Of a stretch of DNA of 16,888 nucleotides, positions 8,211 to 16,565 are shown in pieces. Each line of letters begins with the position of its first letter. Positions within the stretch are counted from its first letter, which is position 1. The stretch comes from a bacterium (GTDB taxonomy: Bacteria > Margulisbacteria > WOR-1 > O2-12-FULL-45-9 > XYB2-FULL-48-7). The DNA lies in contig JBDRLW010000033.1 of assembly GCA_043812655.1 (NCBI GenBank), positions 1-16,888 on the forward strand. Direction: 5' to 3'. The notes beneath the pieces are model-generated. The model had not been told where the DNA came from. It was given only the letters and a program-made list of their open reading frames with translations, and did no database searches. Both the position numbers and the translations under genes were made by a program.

Positions 8211-8242
8211 ATTTGACATTTGACATTTGTCATTTGTCATTT
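8211..8242. repeat. Tandem 7-mer array ATTTGAC x2 + ATTTGTC x2 with dyad symmetry
   Basis: ATTTGAC ATTTGAC ATTTGTC ATTTGTC ATTT; the TGACA and TGTCA cores are reverse complements; lies in a divergent intergenic region just upstream of the RBS. Confidence 0.8.
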
Positions 8243-8255
8243 ACCGGAGGTAATT

Positions 8256-8741
8256 ATGTCAAATCCTTTAGTTATGGTGGTAGATGATGAAGTTGATGTC
8301 GCTAACGCGATCGCCAACACGATAAAAGATACCAAGCGCTATGATGTGGTTGTCGCCAATTCAGCTAAAGATGGTTTAAATCTTTTAGCCAAGAACAAAG
8401 TGTTTTTAGGGCTGGGTGGCAATAAGATCCGCTTGATCCTGCTCGACATTAAGATGCCAGAAATGGACGGCCTCCAATTCCTCGAAAAAGTCCGCAAAGA
8501 TTACGGCGAAGATATCGGCGTCTCGATGCTGACCGCCTGGGAAGACGAGGAAAAGTGGGACAAAGCGACTTCCGGTTTTGTCATCAACTACATCAAGAAG
8601 CCTTTTAAAGGTGAAGAATTGATCACGACCGTTGACGGCTTTTTTGAAGGCCGGGAAGGCAAGATGGTCCTCGACACCTTTGAGCGGCACATTGGCAAAA
8701 AAGAAGAATTCAAAAAAAACCCGCCTAAAAAAGAAGCTTAA
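8256..8741 (+). CDS. Response regulator receiver protein with short charged C-terminal tail (161 aa)
   Basis: VVDDE, LILLDIKMPEMDG, MLTA, YIKKPF; GGAGG RBS supports ATG 8256 rather than 8220. Confidence 0.93.
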   Translation: MSNPLVMVVDDEVDVANAIANTIKDTKRYDVVVANSAKDGLNLLAKNKVFLGLGGNKIRLILLDIKMPEMDGLQFLEKVRKDYGEDIGVSMLTAWEDEEKWDKATSGFVINYIKKPFKGEELITTVDGFFEGREGKMVLDTFERHIGKKEEFKKNPPKKEA

Positions 8742-10743
8742 AAGTTGTCCCTTTCCCGACTTCGCTCTCGACCTTGATGTCGCCCCCGTGTTCGCGGACG
8801 ATCCGATAAACGATCGATAAGCCCAAGCCAGTTCCTTCGTGCCTGGTCGAGTAAAAAGGATCGAATATTTTCTCTTTGATCTCATCAGGGATCCCTTTCC
8901 CCGTGTCGATAACTTCGATCGCCACTCGCCCCTCTTCCATATAAGATTTAACAGTAAGTTTGCCGCCGCTCGGCATCGCTTCAACCGCGTTCTGGATCAA
9001 ATTAACCAACACTTCCTGCAATTCAACGTGATCCCCTTTAATGGCATTAATTTGGCCAAGTTCTTTATGGCAAGTAATGTGGCCTAAACTAAAACAGAGG
9101 AACGTGGCATCGATCAATTCATTTAAATTCACTTCAGTTATCTGTTTAGGCTTTTCTTTGGCCAGGCTAAGCATCCGTTGGACAATGCCGGCGATCCGAT
9201 CGATGTGCCTTAAAACCAGGTCCCGGAATTTCTGCAATTCCTCTAAGCTCCGTTCATTATTCGCGATCCTTTCCGCTTCCGCCCTGATCACTGTCAGAGG
9301 GTTCCTGATCTCGTGCGTCACACCAGCCGTCAACGTCCCCAGCGAAGCCAAGCGCTGTGACCGCTCCATTTGTTTCTCTACTATCTCCAAATCACCCTTA
9401 ATTTTTTCGTAGGACCGGGTGTGGTCAAGTGAGATCGCTACCTGGTTGGCTAAAACCTCTAAAAGACGCAGGTCCTCATCGGTATAAGCGTTTTCCGACA
9501 TCTTTGGCCCCAAAGCAAAAAAAGCGATCAAACGGTCTTCCAGCAAACACGGGACAACCAAAGAGGCGCCGAGTTCTTTCACCTCGTGCAGTGGCTGCCG
9601 TTTGGCGATTAATTCCTTCACCAGATCACTGTCATTATCAACGCTTTGTCCTCCTGGTTGAGGCTTGTATGTTTCTTTGTTGTAAACTAAATAGCAGTGC
9701 GAAGTCCTTTCTATCTCACTAAATTTTTCCGGCAAGAATATTTTCGGGTTAGAGATCTCCACAACATTATAAAATGTGTCATACAGCACGCCTAATATAT
9801 GGGGCAGCTGCAGCTTTTCGCCGACTTTCGAGCTGGCGTCAGATAATTCCTTATAATAATCATACTTGCCCCGCAGGAATAATTTATCTGATGTCGTTTG
9901 CAGGAAAAATCTTATCCCCTGGAAGGTCTCACCGACAATCACGCCGTAAACAATGGAGCCCAAAATAAATGGCCAGCCAATTACAGAAGAGACAAATGTT
10001 TCATAGGCCAAGATCAGGCCAATGTAAATGCCCCCTAAAAAAACGATCGTCAACAATTCCGCCGCCGCCCGGCTGATGACCACGGAGATGTCCATAAGTC
10101 GAAGCTTCACAATGGCATAAGAAGTAAAGGCAACTAAAATCAATGTAAAAAATGGCCCAATATTAACATATCTTGATGTCCCAAGAGCCGGTAAAGCTAA
10201 ATTAAAGAGGATGCCAAAGATAAAAGACAAAAACAGCCCAGCAAAAACATACTTAATTTGATTCCTTTCCTGGCCTTTACTGTTTTGATATTTCTTATAG
10301 AAATTAAAAATACCCCAAAAAAAATAAGCTAAAAAATAAAGGGCAAAAAGAGGATAGGCCGCCCCCCAAATTGCTACGGGCCCAGACAAAGCCAATTCCC
10401 CCTTCGCTAAAATCAATCTGGTGGGGATTATAAATAAAAAAACCACCGTTGGTAATATTGTTATCAGCTTAACTTTTTTACTTATTTCACCGCTTGGGAA
10501 AATAAAACTAAAATTAAGAAAATAATATGCTATTAGCACCGGCCCTAAAAAAATATATTTTCCCCAAAACTCTACCTCTCCAACATTTTGGGAGTGTTGC
10601 AGCATATAAGCGGCAAAAGCCCATAAGGAAAGAGAAAAACAAAAAAAGGCAAAATAAAAACCGCTTTTTGCCCTGGATGTACGTAGTAAAACATAAAAGC
10701 CTAAGAGACATTGAACAAAAAGAAGAAATAGGGTTAGTAACAC
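8725..10743 (-). CDS. Membrane sensor histidine kinase (multi-TM HisKA_7TM-like N-terminus, GAF-like domain, HisKA, HATPase_c)
   Basis: About 280 hydrophobic N-terminal residues; GAF-like LGPK.S...YTDEDLRLL..LANQ; H-box THEIRNPL; NLIQNAVEAM, DTGKGI, IFDPFYST, GTGLGL boxes; GTG start with AAGGGG RBS. Confidence 0.95.
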   Translation of the reverse strand: MLLTLFLLFVQCLLGFYVLLRTSRAKSGFYFAFFCFSLSLWAFAAYMLQHSQNVGEVEFWGKYIFLGPVLIAYYFLNFSFIFPSGEISKKVKLITILPTVVFLFIIPTRLILAKGELALSGPVAIWGAAYPLFALYFLAYFFWGIFNFYKKYQNSKGQERNQIKYVFAGLFLSFIFGILFNLALPALGTSRYVNIGPFFTLILVAFTSYAIVKLRLMDISVVISRAAAELLTIVFLGGIYIGLILAYETFVSSVIGWPFILGSIVYGVIVGETFQGIRFFLQTTSDKLFLRGKYDYYKELSDASSKVGEKLQLPHILGVLYDTFYNVVEISNPKIFLPEKFSEIERTSHCYLVYNKETYKPQPGGQSVDNDSDLVKELIAKRQPLHEVKELGASLVVPCLLEDRLIAFFALGPKMSENAYTDEDLRLLEVLANQVAISLDHTRSYEKIKGDLEIVEKQMERSQRLASLGTLTAGVTHEIRNPLTVIRAEAERIANNERSLEELQKFRDLVLRHIDRIAGIVQRMLSLAKEKPKQITEVNLNELIDATFLCFSLGHITCHKELGQINAIKGDHVELQEVLVNLIQNAVEAMPSGGKLTVKSYMEEGRVAIEVIDTGKGIPDEIKEKIFDPFYSTRHEGTGLGLSIVYRIVREHGGDIKVESEVGKGTTFKLLF

Positions 10744-10806
10744 TTAGTTTACCCCTTTAACATAAAGTAATATTATCCTGATCATTTAATGATAGCCTTA
10801 ATTGAG

Positions 10807-10834
10807 TGAAATTTCAATCTCCTTCTATCGATAG
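10807..10834 (+). promoter_or_regulatory. Putative sigma28-like promoter, copy 2 (TGAAATTTC-N11-ATCGATAG), facing the radical SAM gene
   Basis: GAAA-N15-ATCGATAG has the same geometry as the sigma28 consensus TAAA-N15-GCCGATAA; 39 nt upstream of ATG 10874. Confidence 0.6.
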
Positions 10835-10873
10835 AAACTTAAGAAACAATCACTTTACGTAAAAGGAGACACA

Positions 10874-12634
10874 ATGAGTAAATTATTATTGGTTGGAGGC
10901 TTAAGTAAAACTGATCTATCGGGAAAAGTCCCTGGACCCGGCCAATTAATGCTAAGAAGAGCGTTAAGAAGCGCTAGCCATGATGCGCAAGTAGCAAACT
11001 TCGCGACCTCTCTCTCACCCAGAATGTTTCCCCCACTTATTGTAAAAGAATTGGCAGACATTTTTGCGCGGAGCGTTAAGCCTGTCGTGGTAGAAGGCAA
11101 AAGTCTTTTGGCCAGGTTCTGGAAAATTCCCCAATTTAAGAATGATATGGAAACATTAAAAAAGCTTTCCCAACAATTGACGGCAATTGAACAATCGGTT
11201 TTCCAACAATTAGGCCAAGAACTTTCAACTAAAATCAAAAACGAAGGAATTGACGCGGTCGGGTTTTCCCTATATTTGGGCAGCAGCACCACCGGCTCCA
11301 TGATCATGTCTAACATTATCAGGGCAGAAAACCCTACCCTACCCATCTTTTTTGGCGGACCGCAAACTAGCCATTTTGCCAGCTCGATCTATCGGGGAAC
11401 ATCAGCGCCAACCGCACTTGTTGTCGGCGAAGGAGAGCTCTCTATTATCCGTTTAGCTAATATTATCGGAGACCTAAAAGCCGGCAATTTAAACCAATTA
11501 AGCGATATTCCTAACCTCGTCTTTCAGAATGAGGCAGGAAAAATTATCGCTACCCCAAGGCAACGCCTTTCCTTGCAAGACTGGGTCGCAATGTCAGCCG
11601 GAAATTACGAAGACCAGGATTTCAAAGGGGTAATGAAATATGCTTTTATCGAGGCTTCGCGCGGCTGTCTTTATCGTTGCCGTTTCTGCCCCCAGCCGAT
11701 GCTTAGCGGCTCGGACAGATATTTAAAACCGGCCAAAAACGTCGTCGATGAAATGATCGCGCTCTATAATAAATTTGGTCTCACCCATTTTGAGCTAGTG
11801 GGAAGCAGCACCCCTCCCAGCCAGGCCGAGGAAATCGCCGATGAGCTCATCGGCAGAAGACTGCAGGGAAAATTCAACTGGGTCCTTTTTATGAGGGGCA
11901 GAGATGAACGCGCAAAAACTGCAGACCCCATCGAGTTAATGAAAAAACTTCATTCAGCCGGCGCTTCATCGATCTTTTTTGGCGTTGAAGCAGCCGATAA
12001 TGAGACATTAAAACTTATGGGTAAAGGAGAGAAAATAGAAGACATTAAAGCCGCCATGATCGCGGCTAGGACCGCTGGCATCGCCACGATCGGCAGCTTT
12101 ATTTATCCATATCCAGGAATGCCAGCAAACGAGGGCAAGCTTATTATTGATTTTCTCAAAGAGACGCGTCCTCTTTCCGCGCCGTCCCAGGCGCTTGGAT
12201 TGTATCCTGGAACTTATGTATCAGACCACGCGGCAGAAGCGGGAATTGAAGTTGTCTATCCTATCCAAAGAGACCAATTTTTATACCAGATAGAACAAAA
12301 AGCCCAGCCAACAATGCAAAGTCCAGAGGTTTTAGATTATCTTTTACAATACCCCCTAATCCTTTCACTTCCCATGCGGTTCTGGCCGCCATTGCCTTAT
12401 AAAATCGACGGAAATAATTATCAGGAATATGTTAAGCTGTCAAACAAGCTCCAAACAGAAATTGCCAAGCTTGGGATTTTATTAGGTTTTTCACATAGCC
12501 ACTATTTAATCTCTCAAGTCTTAGGCCTCTCCCCCACAGACCTGTCTAAAGAAATGTTCTATTGCAGTTTGACTGGTGATCCGGCAGCGACTGAATCTCT
12601 AATAAGCAGGTTTAATGATAAGGTAAATAAGTAG
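10874..12634 (+). CDS. B12-binding domain radical SAM protein
   Basis: CxxxCxxC in SRGCLYRCRFC; cobalamin-binding-type segment VGFS...IFFGGPQ...VVGEGE; FFGVE and MGKG core motifs; AAGGAG RBS. Confidence 0.92.
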   Translation: MSKLLLVGGLSKTDLSGKVPGPGQLMLRRALRSASHDAQVANFATSLSPRMFPPLIVKELADIFARSVKPVVVEGKSLLARFWKIPQFKNDMETLKKLSQQLTAIEQSVFQQLGQELSTKIKNEGIDAVGFSLYLGSSTTGSMIMSNIIRAENPTLPIFFGGPQTSHFASSIYRGTSAPTALVVGEGELSIIRLANIIGDLKAGNLNQLSDIPNLVFQNEAGKIIATPRQRLSLQDWVAMSAGNYEDQDFKGVMKYAFIEASRGCLYRCRFCPQPMLSGSDRYLKPAKNVVDEMIALYNKFGLTHFELVGSSTPPSQAEEIADELIGRRLQGKFNWVLFMRGRDERAKTADPIELMKKLHSAGASSIFFGVEAADNETLKLMGKGEKIEDIKAAMIAARTAGIATIGSFIYPYPGMPANEGKLIIDFLKETRPLSAPSQALGLYPGTYVSDHAAEAGIEVVYPIQRDQFLYQIEQKAQPTMQSPEVLDYLLQYPLILSLPMRFWPPLPYKIDGNNYQEYVKLSNKLQTEIAKLGILLGFSHSHYLISQVLGLSPTDLSKEMFYCSLTGDPAATESLISRFNDKVNK

Positions 12635-12644
12635 CAGTCGAAAA

Positions 12645-14867
12645 TTATTGTTTGTTTTTTCTCTTTTTTCTAAAAATAAACCTTATTGGATAAACTATAT
12701 CAACGATCACTTTAGTCAACAACGCCCTCCAAAAAGTAAAGTCCCCCGCAAAAACAAAAGCGTCGTTTGGCCCTAAGCCCGGAATCAAGTCTTTCTCGTT
12801 ATCTACCCTCTTTGAACTATAAGCACCGCGCTGAACATTGTTCTCGTCTAATTCCCAGCCTTGTTTCTTAGCGGCATATTGGATCATTTGTTGCTGCCTG
12901 TCTTTTGGTTTTCTACCGATCGGCGTAACTCCCGCAAAATGGCGGTTACAAGCAGTCCAAACTGCTTCATTCTGGGTTCTCACTACCATTGGAGCCGCAA
13001 CAAACGGCCTTTTAAAGAATTTTATGCCCTTAAGGGAAAAAGCAACCGCACTTTTAGCGGCCCTAATTAAATCATAATTAAGCTTTATCAGCCACCCCTT
13101 TCGGCGATGATCAGGGTGGACCATTGTTCCCCATAATAGGGTTAATTTTTCTCTCTCGCCTTTATTGTTCGTATAGCCATCAAAATATCTTGATGTTCCA
13201 AAAGCAACAACCTTCCCATCCATATCCCTAACTGTTTCAGAGACGCTCACTTTTATTAAATGATCTGTCATCTCCTGCGCAGTTGGGGTTTGTCCAATCG
13301 CAGAGGCAGTCAACGCTTGGGCATCGCTAACAACTCTCGCTCTAATTTCCTCGTTTTCTCCAAAATTTAGCGCTGGGTCATGGTTAACCTCAATTTGGTA
13401 ACCAAGGAACCCATCAACATAACTCGAATCGCTATATTGATCCATTCTTGTGGTCATTCTCGTATCACTGGAAGCGGGAACAAGAGCAAGAGATCCTTCC
13501 GCTGACTTTGGCTCCTCTGTAATAGGCGCCAGCTTCGGCGAGGATGTAGACCCACTTTTACCAACGCCATCGGTGGTATTTATCGGCGATTCGGCGCTAA
13601 GTATCGCCCGAATACTCCCTGCACCAATTATTTGTCCTATTACCTTTGCTGTCGGCCATAAGATCAACTCATTTAACTGCGCCACAACAGCATTTACATG
13701 TTCCGCCAGAGAGGTCGGAGGTTTATATCTTATCGCGGGATAAATGGCGGCGATCGCCTTGCCAATAACATCGCTCTTCAAAAGCCTATTGTCCAGGTAA
13801 ACGATCCCCAACACATCTGTCAGGGCCCATCCATCTTTTTTGTCCTTCATCTCTGGCTTAATCAATAATTTCACCAACATGCTGCCAGGGTTGCCTGAAT
13901 CAAGTAAAAATATGGTGTAGTCCCCATCAATTGATTTCAATGAAACACATGATTCTTTTGCCCGCTCTTTGTCCTCTAACAATAGCAGTTCTGCCTGCAA
14001 GTCAATGCGCAGACCGGTTGTACCGTTATTTAAATATTCATCCAACACTTTTTTAGCAATTCCCTGCGGCGTGCTCCAGTATTGATAGGTAGAAACTTTC
14101 AACTGCCCACGGTTTCTCCCTGTAATCTTTAACTCTTTCCCATCAAAAAGATAAACGCTTACGCCTTCCCAAAGCTTTTCTAGTTCTTCTATCATTATTC
14201 TTACGGCCGAGTGAATGTTCCTTATGTTTTCACTATCTAAACGACTTTCGTATGTTTTTGACATTCTCTTGATCTGATCTTGTTGTTTTTCAATAATATA
14301 CTCAAATTGTACTGTCCCGCCCGCCACATCATCTTGTTTCCTGTCAAAATCGACCAATAAATAGTGATTGCCTACCAAATAATTAAACAAAACTTCCTTT
14401 TCATAATTATTACGATATCGAAAGGAATTAAAATGTTTATCCATTTCATTTTGGGAAATAATCTGTCGGGTGATAACCGGCGGTTGATCCTTGTTTCTTT
14501 TCTTCTTTGAAAGGACACTGCTTTTAACATGTGCAATAAATTTAGTTGCCACCTCTTCTAAAGAAAAGGTTTTATTTTCCTTGCCCACACCAACCATCAT
14601 CATCGGACCTTCCAGATAATTGTCTTGTGTTTGTATTGGCGGCCTATTTCCAGCCATAGCTAGTTGTGGTCCAGCGGTTGGGATTGTAAGTTTTTGTTCC
14701 AAATATAAAATAAGGGAGTCTAACACATGATAATAAAGCCCAACGGGAAGATGTTTTAGTGATGCTTTATCTGGAAAGGTCGGCCTAATACGGTGTAAAT
14801 TGCCGATTGCCCGTCTGGCCCGGCCATAATTGCATAATTCTTGGACTTTGTTGCTAGCTATTGCCAT
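12645..14867 (-). CDS. Large hypothetical protein (~740 aa) with degenerate GAF-like middle region and C-terminal GNAT-like domain
   Basis: Acetyl-CoA-binding-like TMVHPDHRRKG; GAF-like VSVYLFD and VLGIVYLDNR; Ser/Thr-rich linker. Start 14867 preferred over 14888 because of the AAGAAGG RBS and the promoter position. Confidence 0.8.
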   Translation of the reverse strand: MAIASNKVQELCNYGRARRAIGNLHRIRPTFPDKASLKHLPVGLYYHVLDSLILYLEQKLTIPTAGPQLAMAGNRPPIQTQDNYLEGPMMMVGVGKENKTFSLEEVATKFIAHVKSSVLSKKKRNKDQPPVITRQIISQNEMDKHFNSFRYRNNYEKEVLFNYLVGNHYLLVDFDRKQDDVAGGTVQFEYIIEKQQDQIKRMSKTYESRLDSENIRNIHSAVRIMIEELEKLWEGVSVYLFDGKELKITGRNRGQLKVSTYQYWSTPQGIAKKVLDEYLNNGTTGLRIDLQAELLLLEDKERAKESCVSLKSIDGDYTIFLLDSGNPGSMLVKLLIKPEMKDKKDGWALTDVLGIVYLDNRLLKSDVIGKAIAAIYPAIRYKPPTSLAEHVNAVVAQLNELILWPTAKVIGQIIGAGSIRAILSAESPINTTDGVGKSGSTSSPKLAPITEEPKSAEGSLALVPASSDTRMTTRMDQYSDSSYVDGFLGYQIEVNHDPALNFGENEEIRARVVSDAQALTASAIGQTPTAQEMTDHLIKVSVSETVRDMDGKVVAFGTSRYFDGYTNNKGEREKLTLLWGTMVHPDHRRKGWLIKLNYDLIRAAKSAVAFSLKGIKFFKRPFVAAPMVVRTQNEAVWTACNRHFAGVTPIGRKPKDRQQQMIQYAAKKQGWELDENNVQRGAYSSKRVDNEKDLIPGLGPNDAFVFAGDFTFWRALLTKVIVDIVYPIRFIFRKKRKNKQ

Positions 14868-14896
14868 AATCAGATGCCTTCTTGGCATCCGAGTTG

Positions 14897-14924
14897 TTAT
14901 CGGGCAATAATCCAGGAAATTTCA
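14897..14924 (-). promoter_or_regulatory. Putative sigma28-like promoter, copy 3 (TGAAATTTC-N11-CCCGATAA)
   Basis: Minus strand TGAAATTTCctggattattgCCCGATAA; the -10 box matches GCCGATAA at 7 of 8 positions with N15 spacing from GAAA. Confidence 0.65.
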
Positions 14925-14944
14925 GGTTATTTGGGGATAAGGGG

Positions 14945-16501
14945 TCAGCGGCTCGTCTTTTCGTAGATCTTGGCAGTCAGGCCTAAAGCGCTAAAGCGCC
15001 TGGCTGAATACTCTTTGGCTTCCCCTTGCTTGACCTTTTCGGCCAAAAAGCTGTTCCAGCGGTAAGAAGAGTCGTCGGTCGGCTCAAACATTGTTTCTGT
15101 CCCCAGTTCCAAGCTCAAAAAGTATTGGCCGCCGCGGAACATCTCTTCGTCGCCAATGATCGGGTCGACCAACACTGGGGCATTCCAATCCCAAAAGTGG
15201 AAAGCCACTACTTCGGAAGGGAATCTTTGCGTGTTAATGGCCGAGGCGATCGGATCGCGGGGCAAAACACTTTGGTGGAAATAATCTAGGACTTGGACCA
15301 CCTTCTCGGCCGGCTGGGGCGGGAAATAGAGCCCCACTAGCTGGGGAAAAGAAACAAGGGCCGGGATCAATATCACCGCCACCGCGGTGATCGCGTGCTT
15401 TTTATACTTATCCATAAAATAGACAACGGCGGCCGCCGCCAGCATAAAGATGAATGGGGCAATTATATAGATGATCTGCGGGGCTTTGGATGGGATCGTC
15501 AAGGTCGCCAAGATCAAAACAGTCCAAACAAAAGTGTAGAGCTTGCCAAATTGGGCAAAGCGGAAAGCCACGAACGGGGTAAAAAGTGAGACCAAGAAGA
15601 TCAACCCCAGCCAGGGCGAAAAAGTAAATTTATTAATGATCACCCACGGATAGTAAAAAAGGGTCGGCCAAAACCCAAAGACCATATCCCCGCCGGAATA
15701 GCGGAAGATCGCCTGGAGAAGCAGCATGATCTTGCGGGAAAAAGCGGCGGTAAAGAACCAGCTAACAATTAAAGTTGACAAGACAGCTAAGACTATTAAC
15801 TTCCGGTACGCCCACCAGACAAAAGGAAGCGCCGCCTTTTCCCCCTCATGCTCCAAATGCACCGCTTGGGCAAAGATCGGGCCGACTTTGCCGATCGTCA
15901 TCACGATGAACGAGGGGATCATTAAATAAGCGTATAAATAATTGGTGTAGATCGATAAGCCCATAAGAAGACCTAAGAAGACATAATCGATCGTCAGCTT
16001 CCGTTGTTCGCAACGGGTATAAAGGTAAAAAGTGGCCAAAAAGATCATCGCCCCTAGCCCCTCGAGCGTGTTTTCGGTGGCATATCTAATGGCCAGCGGC
16101 GAAGATAAAGCCAAAAATACCGAGATCAAGCCGATCTTCCACCCCGATTTGCTGCAGAGACGAAAAGAGACGTCATACATTAAGATCAGCATCCCAAAAA
16201 AGAGCAGGAAACTAAGCAACCTGGCCTGCAAATATCCGACGCCAAAAATAAAAAAGAAGATCGAGAGGACCCAAGAATGGAAGAACGGCCAAAACATTTG
16301 CCGGTGGGTATCGTACCAGAAACCGCCCCAATCAAGGGCCCTTATGTCTTTCGCCAGCCAAACCCCATAAAGGGCGTGCTGGGCTTCTTCCTTGGAAAAA
16401 GAATCCCCCATCATAACGCGGGTCGCAAAGATTATCCCGCCCAAAAGGAAAAAGGCGATCAAGACTATGCTCAAACCCTTCTGGAAGTCAGTCAACTTCA
16501 T
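14945..16501 (-). CDS. Membrane glycosyltransferase, GT39/ArnT/PMT_2-like (GT-C fold)
   Basis: Many TM helices; acidic EE in the first loop (SKEEAQH), WPFFHSW, ARLLS, ENTLE, GLL.GLS.YT.Y pattern typical of GT-C enzymes. Confidence 0.8.
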   Translation of the reverse strand: MKLTDFQKGLSIVLIAFFLLGGIIFATRVMMGDSFSKEEAQHALYGVWLAKDIRALDWGGFWYDTHRQMFWPFFHSWVLSIFFFIFGVGYLQARLLSFLLFFGMLILMYDVSFRLCSKSGWKIGLISVFLALSSPLAIRYATENTLEGLGAMIFLATFYLYTRCEQRKLTIDYVFLGLLMGLSIYTNYLYAYLMIPSFIVMTIGKVGPIFAQAVHLEHEGEKAALPFVWWAYRKLIVLAVLSTLIVSWFFTAAFSRKIMLLLQAIFRYSGGDMVFGFWPTLFYYPWVIINKFTFSPWLGLIFLVSLFTPFVAFRFAQFGKLYTFVWTVLILATLTIPSKAPQIIYIIAPFIFMLAAAAVVYFMDKYKKHAITAVAVILIPALVSFPQLVGLYFPPQPAEKVVQVLDYFHQSVLPRDPIASAINTQRFPSEVVAFHFWDWNAPVLVDPIIGDEEMFRGGQYFLSLELGTETMFEPTDDSSYRWNSFLAEKVKQGEAKEYSARRFSALGLTAKIYEKTSR

Positions 16502-16507
16502 GCTCGT

Positions 16508-16558
16508 ATTATATTACACACTATATACCTTTACAACAACTTTCATCTGGAGTATATT
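16508..16558. promoter_or_regulatory. Divergent sigma70-type promoters with overlapping -35 boxes
   Basis: Minus: TTGTAA(16536-16531)-N17-TATAAT(16513-16508). Plus: TTTACA(16530-16535)-N17-TATATT(16553-16558). Confidence 0.55.
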
Positions 16559-16565
16559 GTTGAAG

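Noticed and set aside
10874..14867. RiPP cluster around the radical SAM and GNAT genes
   Set aside because: No precursor ORF, peptidase or transporter; the genes are convergent rather than operonic.
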